From: Gemmatimonadales bacterium
GTDB lineage: Bacteria > Gemmatimonadota > Gemmatimonadetes > Gemmatimonadales > GWC2-71-9
DNA length: 64,000 nucleotides
Assembly (NCBI GenBank): GCA_037189525.1
Contig: JBBCJC010000005.1
Coordinates: 896,001-960,000 of the forward strand
Direction: 5' to 3'
Made by a program: the position numbers and the translations under genes. How positions within the stretch are numbered: the stretch's first letter is position 1; each line of letters starts with the position of its first letter. The notes beneath the pieces were generated by a model, which had not been told where the DNA came from, searched no databases, and saw only the letters and a list, made by a program, of their open reading frames with translations. Positions 9,666-20,458 of this stretch are shown one piece after another.

Positions 9666-10419
9666 ACCGGCTCGCCTCTCTGCCGAGTCGCTCACGGCGT
9701 TCTACGGCAATTTTGCCGCGGTGCGCAACGTCAGCCTCGGCTTTCGCGCCAATCAGGTCCATGCGCTGATCGGACCGTCCGGATGCGGCAAGTCCACCTT
9801 CCTCCGGACCCTCAACCGCCTGCACGAAGTCGGCGGCGGCCGAGTCACCGGCACGGTGCGGCTCGACGATCTCGACATCTACGACGGCCGGGTCAGCCTG
9901 ACCCAGCTCCGTCGCCGGGTCGGCATGGTCTTCCAGAAGCCGACGCCGTTCCCGACCATGTCGATCTACCAGAACGTCGCGGCCGGTCTCAAAGTCGGTG
10001 CGCGCCGATCGCGCCAGGAAACCGACGCCGTCGTCGAGAAGGCCCTCCGATATGCCGGTCTCTGGGACGAGGTGAAAGACCGGCTCACCTCGAGCGCGGT
10101 CGCGTTGTCAGGCGGGCAGCAGCAGCGGCTCTGCATTGCCCGGACCGTGGCGCCCGCACCCGACGTGGTACTGCTCGACGAACCGACCTCGTCGCTCGAT
10201 CCGCAGGGCACCCAGCGGATCGAAGAGTTGCTCTTTACCTTGAAAGAGCATTTCACGATCGTGATCGTGACCCACAATATGCAGCAGGCAGCCCGCGTCT
10301 CGGACACGACCAGCTTCTTCTATCTGGGCCAGCTGATCGAATCCGGACCGACCAAACAGCTCTTTACGACGCCCGCGCACGAGCGGACCGAAGCGTACAT
10401 CACGGGACGGTTCGGATGA
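9655..10419 (+). CDS. pstB: Phosphate ABC transporter ATPase (copy 1)
   Basis: [30 protein letters not shown] and [10 protein letters not shown] motifs. Confidence 0.95.
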   Translation: MSDKPARLSAESLTAFYGNFAAVRNVSLGFRANQVHALIGPSGCGKSTFLRTLNRLHEVGGGRVTGTVRLDDLDIYDGRVSLTQLRRRVGMVFQKPTPFPTMSIYQNVAAGLKVGARRSRQETDAVVEKALRYAGLWDEVKDRLTSSAVALSGGQQQRLCIARTVAPAPDVVLLDEPTSSLDPQGTQRIEELLFTLKEHFTIVIVTHNMQQAARVSDTTSFFYLGQLIESGPTKQLFTTPAHERTEAYITGRFG

Positions 10420-11195
10420 CGGCCCGGCCGACTCCGACAAGTATGCCGGCCGTTCAAGCGGAAGGGTTCACCTTCAGCTATGGCGACCGCGAAGTGCTCC
10501 ACGGCATTTCGCTCGCCATTCCGGCCCGTTCCGTCACCGCTATCATCGGCCCGTCGGGATGCGGCAAGTCGACGTTCCTGCGGTCGATCAATCGGATGAA
10601 CGATCTGATTCCCGGCGCCCGATACGGCGGCACCATTCGGGTGGGCGACGACGAAGTGGTCGGCGGCAACGTGGATCTGGTCTCGCTGCGTCGCAAGGTC
10701 GGCATGGTATTCCAGCGCCCCAACCCGTTCCCCAAGTCGATCTTCGACAACGTGGCGTACGGGCCCAAGCTGAACGCTCTGGTACGCACATCGGAATTGC
10801 CGGACGTGGTCGAACAGTGCCTGCGCCAGGCGGCGCTCTGGGATGAAGTCAAAGATCGTCTCGACCAGCCGGCACTCGGGCTTTCGGGCGGACAACAGCA
10901 GCGACTCTGCATTGCGCGGGCACTGGGCAACCGTCCCGACGTGCTGCTGATGGACGAACCCTGCTCCGCCCTGGATCCGATCGCGACCCAGCGGATCGAA
11001 GAACTGCTGCTCGAACTTCAGCAGCAATACACCATCGTCATCGTCACCCACAACCTGCAGCAGGCGGCCCGCGTTTCGAGCCGGACCGCCTTCTTCGAGG
11101 CGGGCAACGTAGTGGAGTACGATACGACGAATCACATCTTCACCGCGCCACGTGAGCAGCGGACTGAAGCGTACATTACGGGGAGGTTCGGATGA
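10416..11195 (+). CDS. pstB: Phosphate ABC transporter ATPase (copy 2)
   Basis: Start placed at the ATG at 10416 (ATGA overlap). [23 protein letters not shown] and DEPCSALDP motifs. Confidence 0.95.
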   Translation: MTARPTPTSMPAVQAEGFTFSYGDREVLHGISLAIPARSVTAIIGPSGCGKSTFLRSINRMNDLIPGARYGGTIRVGDDEVVGGNVDLVSLRRKVGMVFQRPNPFPKSIFDNVAYGPKLNALVRTSELPDVVEQCLRQAALWDEVKDRLDQPALGLSGGQQQRLCIARALGNRPDVLLMDEPCSALDPIATQRIEELLLELQQQYTIVIVTHNLQQAARVSSRTAFFEAGNVVEYDTTNHIFTAPREQRTEAYITGRFG

Positions 11196-11878
11196 GCCCG
11201 GACGTTCATCGGCATTTCCACGAAGAGCTGAGTCAGGTCAAAGTGCGCCTGCTGACGCTTTCGGGAGAAGCAGAAGCCGCAGTACAGGGAGCCGTCGAAG
11301 CGCTGCTCGATCGCGACGCCGAGAAGGCCCAACAGGTCATCCAGGGCGATCGGGTCATCGACGCCATGGAAGTGGAGATCGAGGAGCTCTGCCTGAGCCT
11401 GCTCGCTCTGCAGCAGCCGATGGCCCGCGATCTTCGCCTGCTGGTTTCGGCAATTAAGATCGCCAACGATCTGGAGCGCGTCGGCGACCACGCCGTCAAC
11501 ATCGCGCAGACGGCCGAACGCCTGGTGCAAAGCCGCCCCATCACGCCGGAACCGGAAATCATCGAGATGGCCCGTCTTGCGCGCGAAATGCTGTCGGACG
11601 CGCTCGATGCCTTCGTCCGGGGCGACGCCGCGGCGGGCCGGGCCGTCTGCCTCCGCGACGATAAGGTCGACGCCCTGAACCGCTCCACCTTCCGGATTCT
11701 GCTGACCCACATGATGGAGGATCCGCATGCGATCGGCGCGGCCATGAGCCTCTTCCTCGTCTCCCGTAACCTGGAACGTATTGCGGACCTGGCGACCAAT
11801 ATCGGCGAAGAGGTGGTCTTCCTGGTCGAAGGAAAATCGATCAAGCATCACGCAGAAGAGTTCGGCGACAACGGCTGA
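11192..11878 (+). CDS. phoU: Phosphate signalling complex protein
   Basis: [22 protein letters not shown] and [13 protein letters not shown] motifs. Confidence 0.96.
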   Translation: MSPDVHRHFHEELSQVKVRLLTLSGEAEAAVQGAVEALLDRDAEKAQQVIQGDRVIDAMEVEIEELCLSLLALQQPMARDLRLLVSAIKIANDLERVGDHAVNIAQTAERLVQSRPITPEPEIIEMARLAREMLSDALDAFVRGDAAAGRAVCLRDDKVDALNRSTFRILLTHMMEDPHAIGAAMSLFLVSRNLERIADLATNIGEEVVFLVEGKSIKHHAEEFGDNG

Positions 11879-11977
11879 CCCCGGGGCCGCGTTCGTGACG
11901 CGGCCGTGGGCAATCCGCGACGCCCTGCCCCGTTTCCCCACTGGCGAGGCAGCCGCTTTATCAGGTAACCTTCCCTC

Positions 11978-13561
11978 GTGACCGTCATTTCCAGCGCCTC
12001 GACGCGAGGACGATCCCCCGCCGGCGAACCGAAGACCGAGCGGATTGCCGCGATCGACGTCGGGTCGAACTCGATCCGCCTGTCGATCGCGGAGTACGAT
12101 CGGAACCGTGGCCTCCGCATCCTGGACGAGGTCAAGGACCAACCGCGGCTGGCATCCGGCATCGCCAGCACGGGTGCGCTGGACCCCGAAGCCATGGATG
12201 CCGCGGTTGCCGCGCTCAAGCGCATGCGCGAGATCGCCGATCGCCGCGGCGTGACCCGGATTCGCGCTGTGGCGACGTCCGCGGTTCGCGAGGCCGAGAA
12301 TGGCCGGCTCTTCGCCAAACGGGTCCGCCGCGAAACCGGCCTCACACTCGAGGTGATCGACGGCGACGCCGAAGCCACCCTGTCCTACCGATCAGTCGCG
12401 CATCACTTCTCGCTGGCCGGAACCCGGACCCTGATTGCCGACATCGGCGGCGGAAGCCTCGAACTGATCGGCGTCGTCAACGGTTTGGTCGAGATGACCG
12501 ATTCACTGCCGCTCGGCGCGGTCCGCCTGACCGAGGCGTGGTTGGACGGCGCCCGGCCCGCGACGCGCGCGGTCAGCGATCTGCGGCGCTGGGTCCGCAA
12601 ACGGCTCAAGCGCGCCGTCTCCGGACGGGACTGGAATGCGGCTGCCGTCATCGGGTCGGGCGGAACCTTCACCAACCTGGGCCGGATGATCCGGGCCCGA
12701 CGCGGCTTCGACATCGGCGATGCGGTGCACGGCGAGACGGTCGCCACCGGCGAAATCGAGCAACTGCTCGAATGGCTAACGACCAAAACCTCGGCCGAGC
12801 GCGCCGCCATTCCCGGCCTCAATCCGCAGCGAGCGGACATCATTCTCGCCGGGCTGGCCGTGACCGCCGAGTTGCTCGACCTGACCGGCTCACCGAGCCT
12901 GACGGTCAGCGCCTATGGTTTACGCGAAGGGATCCTGCTCGACATGGTCGGCGATGATCGCGCCCTGACGGTCGATCCGCTTCGGGCCATGCGGGAATTC
13001 GTCGACCGTTGCCAGGGCGACCGCCGGCACGTCGAACAGGTCCGCATCCTGGCCCTGACCCTGTTCGACCGGTTGCAGGACGCGCTCGGCGCGGACTCCT
13101 CCGAGCGCTCGCTGCTCGAAGCGGCCAGCCTGCTGCACGACGTGGGACAGGTGGTGAGCTACCGGCAGCATCACAAGCACAGCTTCCAGCTGATCGTCCA
13201 CGCCGACCGGCTGTCCTTCAACGCGCGCGATCGATTGCTGGTGGCGCTGATCAGTCGGTACCATCGGAAGAAGGGGCCGAGCAAGAAGCACCCGGAGTTC
13301 GCGCGGCTCTCAGAGGCCGATCGCGCCGTCGTCAGGCGTCTGTCCGGTATCCTGCGGATCGCGGATGGCCTCGACCGTGGTCACGCCGCGGTGGTCGACC
13401 AGGTGACCACGCGACTCACCCACGACCAGCTTTTCATTCGGGTGACGCCCAAACGTCTCGGCGCCGACCTGGCGCTCGAAGTCTGGGGTGCATCGCGCAA
13501 AGCAGATGTGCTGGAAGACGTCCTCGACCGTAAGATTCGGATCGCCGTCGCCTCCCCCTGA
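11978..13561 (+). CDS. ppx: Exopolyphosphatase / Ppx-GppA family with C-terminal HD domain
   Basis: AAIDVGSNS, ATSAVREA, DIGGGS, GLREG and LLHDVG motifs. Confidence 0.92.
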   Translation: MTVISSASTRGRSPAGEPKTERIAAIDVGSNSIRLSIAEYDRNRGLRILDEVKDQPRLASGIASTGALDPEAMDAAVAALKRMREIADRRGVTRIRAVATSAVREAENGRLFAKRVRRETGLTLEVIDGDAEATLSYRSVAHHFSLAGTRTLIADIGGGSLELIGVVNGLVEMTDSLPLGAVRLTEAWLDGARPATRAVSDLRRWVRKRLKRAVSGRDWNAAAVIGSGGTFTNLGRMIRARRGFDIGDAVHGETVATGEIEQLLEWLTTKTSAERAAIPGLNPQRADIILAGLAVTAELLDLTGSPSLTVSAYGLREGILLDMVGDDRALTVDPLRAMREFVDRCQGDRRHVEQVRILALTLFDRLQDALGADSSERSLLEAASLLHDVGQVVSYRQHHKHSFQLIVHADRLSFNARDRLLVALISRYHRKKGPSKKHPEFARLSEADRAVVRRLSGILRIADGLDRGHAAVVDQVTTRLTHDQLFIRVTPKRLGADLALEVWGASRKADVLEDVLDRKIRIAVASP

Positions 13562-13731
13562 GAATCGCCGGACCTTCAACTCAAGCACCCAGCGGGAGTG
13601 TCATCGAGGATTTGGTATCCGAGCGCGGTGGCAGCCCTCCTGACGTGGTCGGGGCATGAGGCAGGTTGCTCCGTACCAAACAGAGAGCCGCCTGCCTACA
13701 CCGCGATCAGGGAAATCGGCTCGGCGGAGAT

Positions 13732-14733
13732 TCAGCCGAGGAGGAACCCTTCGTGGAGCGGGTCGTCCCCGCCGAGGACGAACTGATGGAAGCCGGTGAT
13801 GTACGCCGTCCCGACGATCTCGGGTCGTCCAGCCGGATATCCGTCGACCGTAGTATCCTCGAGCACTCGCGCCGCAAACCGTGTTCCGATCACCCCTTCG
13901 ATCGTGATCGACTCCCTAATACCGATGCCATCGCGCGCGCGAAGCAACACGGCCAGCGCGCCGCAACCGGCGCCGCAGGGCGAGCGATCCACCGACCCCG
14001 TTCGCCCGACGATCACGTCCCGAACCTGGCGCTCGCCGGTGCGCTGGTAGAAGAGAGCGAGGGCGAACGGTCCGGGGACAGAACGGTCGGGGTGGCCGGT
14101 TGAAAAATCGCGGTTCGCCGCGGTAAGCACCTGTTGCCCCAGTGCGATCAGCTCGGGCAATCGCTCTCGGCCGAGGTCGAGACCATTTCGGGCCGCGTCG
14201 ATCAGCACGAAGAAAACACCGGAGAACACCAGGTCGACCGTGAGCTGGTGGCCGGACACCTCGAGCCGGGCGTCCAGTTGCTGAATGAATGCCGGCTGCG
14301 TCTTGAGTGCGATTGCCGAGCCGTGGTCTTCCCGCCGGGGCTCGAGCACAACCATGCCGCTCGGTGTTTCGAACCGGAGCTCGCGACGAGAGTCGGTAAG
14401 GGAGAGTGCCCCGGTTTCGAGCAGTGCGACTGCGGCGCCGATCGAGCTATGCACGCAGGTCGGGAGATAACCGCCCGCCGTCGGAAAAAAGATGCCGAGA
14501 TCGGCGGTCGGGTCGGTTGCAGGGGTCACGACCGCGCCGTACATGTCGCGGTGGCCCCGCGGCTCGTTCAAGAGAAGCCTGCGGATCGGATCGAGGTGAT
14601 CCTTGAACCAGTCGAACTTCTCTCGTACGGATGCGCCGACGAGAGCGGGAAGGCCCGACGTAATGATCCGAGTCGGGCCGCCTGCGGTATGCGTGTCGAT
14701 GGTGGTAAAGACGCGACGGATATCCATCGTCAC
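13732..14733 (-). CDS. Proline racemase / hydroxyproline epimerase superfamily protein
   Basis: IDTHTAGGPTR, EPRGHRDMYG, YLPTCVH and DRSPCGAG motifs. GTG at 14733 overlaps the SDR stop. Confidence 0.88.
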   Translation of the reverse strand: MTMDIRRVFTTIDTHTAGGPTRIITSGLPALVGASVREKFDWFKDHLDPIRRLLLNEPRGHRDMYGAVVTPATDPTADLGIFFPTAGGYLPTCVHSSIGAAVALLETGALSLTDSRRELRFETPSGMVVLEPRREDHGSAIALKTQPAFIQQLDARLEVSGHQLTVDLVFSGVFFVLIDAARNGLDLGRERLPELIALGQQVLTAANRDFSTGHPDRSVPGPFALALFYQRTGERQVRDVIVGRTGSVDRSPCGAGCGALAVLLRARDGIGIRESITIEGVIGTRFAARVLEDTTVDGYPAGRPEIVGTAYITGFHQFVLGGDDPLHEGFLLG

Positions 14734-15524
14734 ATCCGAGCGGTTTGCGCCCCGTCCACGATGAGTTCCTGGCCAGTAATGTATTTGGATTGATCCGAAG
14801 CCAGGAAGAGCGCCAGGTTGGCGACGTCCCACGGCTCACCTTGCTTGCCGGTGGGACAGAGGGAGTCGCGGTAGTCGGTCATCTTCGCGATGTTGCCGCC
14901 GTAGGCTTCTGTGAGCGACGCCCGGACGAAGGGCGTGTTCATCATCCCCGGAAGAATGGCGTTGACGCGGACGCCGCGTTTGGCATACTCCACCGCGACT
15001 TCGCGACTGAAGGCGTTCACTCCGGCTTTCGACACGCCGTAGGCGAGAGAAAGGGCGGGCAAGGTTCGAATCGAGTTGATCGAAGAGACGTTGATCACAC
15101 TTCCGCCGCCGCGGGCCACGATATGCGGGATCGCAGCTTTACACATGAGGAAGATGCTCGTCAGGTTGACCGAGAGCGTGCGATTCCATTCGTCCTCGGT
15201 AGCAGTTTCGAGCCCGCCGGCGATCTCGATCCCGACGTTGTTATGCAGGATATCGAGTCCGCCGTAGGTCGCGACACATGACTCCACGATCCGACTGCAG
15301 TCACCGGCTCGGCTCACATCGCCCGCGATGGCGTAGCTGGTCCCCCCTTCGCCTTCGATGATGCGACGGGTGTCTTCAGCAGCCTCGAGGTTCCGGTCCA
15401 CCAGCACGACGCGGGCGCCTTCCCGAGCAAACACGATGGCGGTGGCTTTGCCGTTGCCAATGCCCTCCCCAACCGAACCCGCGCCGGTCACGATTGCAAC
15501 TTTCCCGGCCAACAATCCACTCAT
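14730..15524 (-). CDS. Short-chain dehydrogenase/reductase
   Basis: TGAG...GNG Rossmann motif, NNVG, catalytic YGVSK and ITGQELIVDG. Confidence 0.93.
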   Translation of the reverse strand: MSGLLAGKVAIVTGAGSVGEGIGNGKATAIVFAREGARVVLVDRNLEAAEDTRRIIEGEGGTSYAIAGDVSRAGDCSRIVESCVATYGGLDILHNNVGIEIAGGLETATEDEWNRTLSVNLTSIFLMCKAAIPHIVARGGGSVINVSSINSIRTLPALSLAYGVSKAGVNAFSREVAVEYAKRGVRVNAILPGMMNTPFVRASLTEAYGGNIAKMTDYRDSLCPTGKQGEPWDVANLALFLASDQSKYITGQELIVDGAQTARM

Positions 15525-15849
15525 CCGCGCTCCAATACGTTGGTGTAGATTTCTTATTCAGTCGGATACCAGACCGGCGGGCGCCACCAGGTCCCCGATA
15601 CGCCCCAGCCAGCCCCCGAAGAATCGCTCCTCGACGCACATCGCTGCCATACCCAAACCCGGAAACTCGTCAACGGCACCGCTACCGCAACCGTTCCCGC
15701 CGTATTTTGCGGCGTCTCGGCACCGCAAAACTGGTAGTGCGCTGAGTGGCGTGGGAAAGACGTTAGGTCAGGCCCCGAAATCAAGCCGCAGGATTCCGAG
15801 CGCCGCCTGCACGATCCAAGGCGGCAGAGTCACCGCTGGATGGCCTGCG

Positions 15850-15887
15850 AAAAACAGGCCCGCACGGCGTTGGTCCGCCGGCGGGCC
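15850..15887 (-). terminator. Intrinsic terminator of the S9 peptidase
   Basis: On the minus strand, GGCCCGC-CGGCG...CGCCG-T-GCGGGCC followed by TGTTTTT, just after the stop. Confidence 0.7.
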
Positions 15888-15898
15888 CATCAACCTCT

Positions 15899-18808
15899 TC
15901 AGGGAATCAACGCCGGCTTCTGCTGCCGCGCTTTGAGATGCTCCTCCATCTTGAGACGCGGAATCCCATCCTTCAGCCAGTCCGACGCCTCAACTCCCTT
16001 CAGGTGGTGATCGAAGAACTCGCGCATGCGCCCCGCGTAGTCCTTCTGATTGCGCGGCTGCGCCAATCCGTGATTTTCCCCGACATACTGAAGCAGAATC
16101 ACATCCTTGCCGAGTTCCCGCAGCGTGTTGTAAAACGTGATGCCCTGATTGAAGTCGACGGCGCCATCCTTCTCGTTATGCAGCAGCATCAGCGGCGTCT
16201 TCACGTTCTTGGCGTGGAACGCGGGCGAGTTCCGGATGTACGCGTCGTAGTTGTCGAGATAGTTGCCCTTGAAACGCCCCTGGGAACTCACGAAGATGCC
16301 CTGATTGGGGCCACCGGTATTCCAGTAGACCGAGCTGTACATGCTCACCATATCGGTGAGCGGCGCCCCCGCGATGGCCCCGGCGAAGAGATCCGTCTGG
16401 GTCACGAGGAAGGCCGTCTGGTAGCCGCCCCACGAATGACCATGCAGTCCCACTTTGCTCGCGTCGACGATACCCGTGGCGATGGCCGCCTTGGTGGCGG
16501 GAACCACCGCCCAGAGCGCCGACATGCCCGGGTCATTGATCCGATAGACGATGTCCGGCATCAGCACGGCGTAGCCGGCGCTGGTGTAAACGCTGGGATT
16601 GAGCGCCGTCGTCTCGTTAGGCGTGGCATACTGATGGAGACTCTGCGACAGCCGCTCGTAGATGTAGACGACTGTCGGATAGGTCTTGCCCTCCTCGTAG
16701 CCCGCCGGCAGGAAGAGCGCCGCCTGCAGGGAGTCGCCCTTGTCGGTCACGTAGTCGACCAGCCGCGCCCCCGGTGACCAGACGTACTCCTGCTGCTGCG
16801 GATTGGCGTCGGTGAGCCGCCGCGGCGCCGCGAAATCGCGGCCCGTCACCCAATAGTCGGGAAACTGAGTGAAGGTCTGGCGGGTGAAGAGGAAGGTGTC
16901 GGCGCGACGCGCCTTGGTGACCATATATGCCGCGTCGTCCCAGAGCAGGCGGTCGGCCTTCTTCCCGTTCGGGGCAATCCGCGCCAGACCGGTGCGCTTG
17001 GTGCGCTCGCCGTAGGCCTGGACATACTGCGGGATGGACAGATCGATACCACGCTCCTTCGGGTCCCAGACCAGGCGATTCCGGTAGCGGATCCCCTCCG
17101 CCCGGCCGTCGCCCGTCAGGTTCACGGCAGACGCCCCCGCCCGGACCGGCACGCGCCAGATGTCCCAACCGTCCGAGAGCAGCACGCTTCCGCCATCCTT
17201 GACCCACCCCAGGAACTGGCGCGGCGGACGATCCACGTTGTGATCGTCTTCGACGTTGACGAAGCTGACAGGTAACCCCGCGGTGAGATTCCGGTGCGTG
17301 CCCGTCGCAAACTCGTAGACGCGATAGTCGCCGTCCGCATAGTAGGCGAGTCGGGCCCCGTCGGGCGACGGTGCCGTGACGAACTGCTGCTCAGTGAGCA
17401 CCCGCGACGACGCGCCGGTCGTCAGGTCGATGGCATAGACGTCGCGGCGGCTCGGCCCGATCAGCTCATCGGCGCGCTCGTACGCCCGGCGGTCGGCGCC
17501 GATGGCCCAGCGATCGCCCGGCGCCACGGTTACCTCGGCCAGACTGTCGGAACCGAGTTGAATGATGCGCCGGTCGGCTACGCGATAGAGCGCCAGGAAG
17601 TTGGCCGCCTTGTCGGCAGTCTCCTGCACCTGCTGTCGCGCTTGGAGCCGGCTGTCCTTCGCGTGCCAGATGACGAGCGACGGTATCGAATCTTCCTCGA
17701 CGCCGCCCGTGACCGATGGACGCTGCATCGCGCCGGGTGTGCCGGCCACCGGCTTCACGTCGGGACGCGGCGCGCTGCGCACCGGCGCGGTCGCGACGCC
17801 GAAGTACAGCTGCGACAGGTTCCGCGCCCATGTCGGCGCCCGATCGGGACTCACCCGGAGGCCCGGGACAGCACTATCGACCGTCTGGGTCGAGATCACG
17901 ACGCGACCGGCCGTCGCCGCACCGACCCCCGTAAAGCCGAGCGCGACATAGCTCGTATCCTTGGCGGCGCTATCGACGACGCCGCGCAGCGCCGAGAGCG
18001 CGAGACCGCTATCGGCCCACTGCAGCCGGCGATAGAACGCGTCCTGACTTTCCAGCACGCGCGTCACGCCGGTCTTGGTGTTGCGGACATGGACGCCGTT
18101 GCCGAGCCGGTCACGGGCATCGATCGTGAGCGCCAGCCACTCGCCGGACTCATCGAACGCGAAGTCGCCCACGTTCCCGATGTTGATCGTGCTGCCGGTG
18201 CCCAGCTCGTAGTACAGCAGATCGACCCCGGTGGAACGCCCGGGGGCGGCCGCAGCCCCGGACGGCGGGCCAGCCGGCGCCGCGTCGGGCGGATAACTCT
18301 GAAACACGATGGCCGCGGGAGTATCGCCGGCAAACGCGAAGCGCTGCACCTTGGGAAACTCGCGCGTGGCGCCACTGGCGAGGTCGACCAGCACGGCCCT
18401 GGACTGGACCGGCTTCCGCTCTTTGCGGAGCTGGCGCTGCGCGGCGGCGGTCGGATACGCCAGGAACGCGAGCCAGCGTCCGTCGCCCGACACCGCCAGC
18501 GACGGCGGGCCCACAGGGACGCCGAAGCCGACAAAGCGGGGAGCCGGCGACTGGCCGATCGGAAAGCGGCGCTCGGCGCCTTCGCCGGTCGGGCGTACGA
18601 CCACCTCGCCGTCGCCCTCGTTCGGAACGAGGGTATAAGCAAACCAGCGCCCATCGGGGGTCAGCGACATGGCCCGGATGGTCTTCCAGGCCTGGAGGTC
18701 GGCTGCCGCGAGCGGCTTTCGTGCAGTGGACGGCGCCTGCGCCGCGACCGGCAGCGCAATCAGCGCCGTCACGGTAAGCGAGACGAGATAGGACGAACGA
18801 ACGGACAT
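15899..18808 (-). CDS. Secreted S9 family (prolyl oligopeptidase-like) peptidase
   Basis: Signal peptide, beta-propeller repeats, and catalytic triad GHSWGG / KDGAV / ENHG. Start at ATG 18808 (MSVRSS). Confidence 0.9.
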   Translation of the reverse strand: MSVRSSYLVSLTVTALIALPVAAQAPSTARKPLAAADLQAWKTIRAMSLTPDGRWFAYTLVPNEGDGEVVVRPTGEGAERRFPIGQSPAPRFVGFGVPVGPPSLAVSGDGRWLAFLAYPTAAAQRQLRKERKPVQSRAVLVDLASGATREFPKVQRFAFAGDTPAAIVFQSYPPDAAPAGPPSGAAAAPGRSTGVDLLYYELGTGSTINIGNVGDFAFDESGEWLALTIDARDRLGNGVHVRNTKTGVTRVLESQDAFYRRLQWADSGLALSALRGVVDSAAKDTSYVALGFTGVGAATAGRVVISTQTVDSAVPGLRVSPDRAPTWARNLSQLYFGVATAPVRSAPRPDVKPVAGTPGAMQRPSVTGGVEEDSIPSLVIWHAKDSRLQARQQVQETADKAANFLALYRVADRRIIQLGSDSLAEVTVAPGDRWAIGADRRAYERADELIGPSRRDVYAIDLTTGASSRVLTEQQFVTAPSPDGARLAYYADGDYRVYEFATGTHRNLTAGLPVSFVNVEDDHNVDRPPRQFLGWVKDGGSVLLSDGWDIWRVPVRAGASAVNLTGDGRAEGIRYRNRLVWDPKERGIDLSIPQYVQAYGERTKRTGLARIAPNGKKADRLLWDDAAYMVTKARRADTFLFTRQTFTQFPDYWVTGRDFAAPRRLTDANPQQQEYVWSPGARLVDYVTDKGDSLQAALFLPAGYEEGKTYPTVVYIYERLSQSLHQYATPNETTALNPSVYTSAGYAVLMPDIVYRINDPGMSALWAVVPATKAAIATGIVDASKVGLHGHSWGGYQTAFLVTQTDLFAGAIAGAPLTDMVSMYSSVYWNTGGPNQGIFVSSQGRFKGNYLDNYDAYIRNSPAFHAKNVKTPLMLLHNEKDGAVDFNQGITFYNTLRELGKDVILLQYVGENHGLAQPRNQKDYAGRMREFFDHHLKGVEASDWLKDGIPRLKMEEHLKARQQKPALIP

Positions 18809-18852
18809 GACGACTCCCGACGATGAGGGCGAGCAATGCCCAAGTTTCCGGC

Positions 18853-18880
18853 AAAAGCCCCCCCGAGGCAAGGGGGGGAC
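18853..18880 (-). terminator. Intrinsic terminator downstream of the permease remnant
   Basis: Minus strand reads CCCCCCC-TTGCCTC-GGGGGGG-CTTTT. Confidence 0.6.
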
Positions 18881-18910
18881 CGGCGGAATCGTCAGGGAAA
18901 CACCATACCC

Positions 18911-19629
18911 TCACTCGCTCCGCAGCGCGTCGAGCGGATCGCTGCGCGTCGCCCGCCGAGCCGGAAGGTAGACCGCCGCGAGCACCACCAGGCCCAGCAT
19001 CGCCAGCACGAGGCCGAACACCAGCGGGTCGCTGCCGCGGGCGCCGAAGACAGCCGACTCGATCACCCGGCTCAACCGAACGCCGCCACCAGCCCCACGC
19101 CCATGCCGGCCAGCGCGATCGCCGCGCCGTGCCGCATCACGGCCGACCGCACCCGTCCAGGCGGCGCGCCGAGCGCCATGCGGACACCGATCTCATGGCT
19201 CTGCTGGGTCACGGCGTACGACAGCACGCCATAGAGCCCGACAGCTGCCAGGGTCAGTGCCACGCCGGCAAAGACGCTGAGCAGGAGCAACGTGAAGCGG
19301 TCGCGCGCGCGGTACCGAGCCACGACGTCGTCGAGCGTCCTCGGCTTGAACAGGACCAGGGCGGGGTCGACCTCAGCGAGGGCAACCCGAGCCCGCTCGA
19401 TCGCGGTCCGCGAATCCGTCGCCGCACGCACTGCATAGGCCAGCGTCCAGTTTCGGTCGCCCGCATAGAACCGATGGGTGGCGTACAACGCCGGGGCCAT
19501 CGCGCCACCCGCTTCGTACGCAACATCGCCCACGACCCCGATGATTCGAGCCTGGACGCTTCCGAGGATCGAGACCGATTCACCCAACGGATCGCGGTCG
19601 CCGAACGCCTCCTGCGCAAACCGTTGACT
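18911..19629 (-). pseudogene. 5'-truncated, frameshifted MacB/FtsX (ADOP-type) ABC permease
   Basis: Frame 1 reads SQRFAQEAFGDRDPLG...GLYGVLSYAV...EIGVRMALGA...VAAFG-stop (19072). The shifted frame continues LSRVIESAVFG...YLPARRATRSDPLDALRSE-stop (18911). There is no N-terminal part; an in-frame TAA lies at about 19633. Confidence 0.85.
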
Positions 19630-19659
19630 CCATTAGCTAGTTAGTTAAGATGCTAACTA
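19624..19659 (+). promoter_or_regulatory. Sigma70-like promoter and ArsR operator
   Basis: TTGACT-16-TAAGAT then ATG at 19659; inverted repeat TAGTTAG-N8-CTAACTA (19638-19659). Confidence 0.65.
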
Positions 19660-19982
19660 TGCCTCCGCTCCTCGAGGTCCTCCGCGCCATCGGCAGCGAC
19701 AAGCGCCTGCAGATCCTGACCTGGCTCGAGCATCCCACCAGGCATTTCCCGCCGCAGGTGGATGGCGACCTCGAAACCGATGGCGTCTGCTCGGTCCTGA
19801 TCGCCCGACGGCTCGGGGTCAGCGAGCCGACCACCTCGCGCCACATGAAGATCCTCGTCGACGCCGGGCTGGTTCGCGCCAAGCCGATCAAACAGTGGAC
19901 GTTCTACCGCCGCGACGAACGCGGCATCACCCGGGCGCGCCGGCTGATCGACCAGGCGCTCCGCACCAAGGAATCATCATGA
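19659..19982 (+). CDS. ArsR/SmtB family regulator
   Basis: KRLQILTWL...GVCS...VSEPTTSRHMKILVDAGLV...WTFYRR; alternative start at 19650. Confidence 0.88.
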   Translation: MPPLLEVLRAIGSDKRLQILTWLEHPTRHFPPQVDGDLETDGVCSVLIARRLGVSEPTTSRHMKILVDAGLVRAKPIKQWTFYRRDERGITRARRLIDQALRTKESS

Positions 19983-20458
19983 CGAATCCGGATGACCTCC
20001 CGGAAGCACGCTTGCTCCGGACCGGCCTCGCGCTCCCCGCCATCGGGCCGAGCCCGGGCAGCTTTCTTCCCTTCACCCGCGCCGGACGGCTGCTTTATAT
20101 CTCCGGCCAGGTCCCAATCGGTCCGGACGGACCCATCACCGGCCAGGTGGGCGACACCGTCACCGAATCGGCGGCGCGCGAGTGCGCTCGGCTGGTCACG
20201 CTCCGGATCGTGGCGGTCATTCGGATGGCCCTGGGGTCCCTCGACCGGGTCGAGCGGATCGTCAAGGTCAACGGCTACGTCAATGCCGTGCCGGGCTTCG
20301 GACGTCAGCCGGCCGTCCTCGACGGCTGCTCCGAACTCCTGGTCGAGATCTTCGGGGAGCGCGGCCGCCACGCCCGGGCGGCAGTGGGTGTCGCAGGGCT
20401 GCCCTTCAACGTTCCGGTCGAGATCGAGGCAATCGTCGAAACGGCAGACGAGTCGTGA
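19979..20458 (+). CDS. RidA/YjgF family protein (Rid, catalytic Arg present)
   Basis: LYISGQVP, GRHARAAVG and VPVEIE motifs; ATGA overlap with the ArsR gene. Confidence 0.9.
   Translation: MTNPDDLPEARLLRTGLALPAIGPSPGSFLPFTRAGRLLYISGQVPIGPDGPITGQVGDTVTESAARECARLVTLRIVAVIRMALGSLDRVERIVKVNGYVNAVPGFGRQPAVLDGCSELLVEIFGERGRHARAAVGVAGLPFNVPVEIEAIVETADES

Noticed and set aside
9655..11195. Tandem pstB genes as a recent duplication or novelty
   Set aside because: The two copies are well diverged, and paired pstB genes are known in many taxa.
11885..11905. Possible Pho box before ppx
   Set aside because: Only one GTGAC, inside a short hairpin (GGCCGCGT/ACGCGGCC), with no 11-bp periodic partner.
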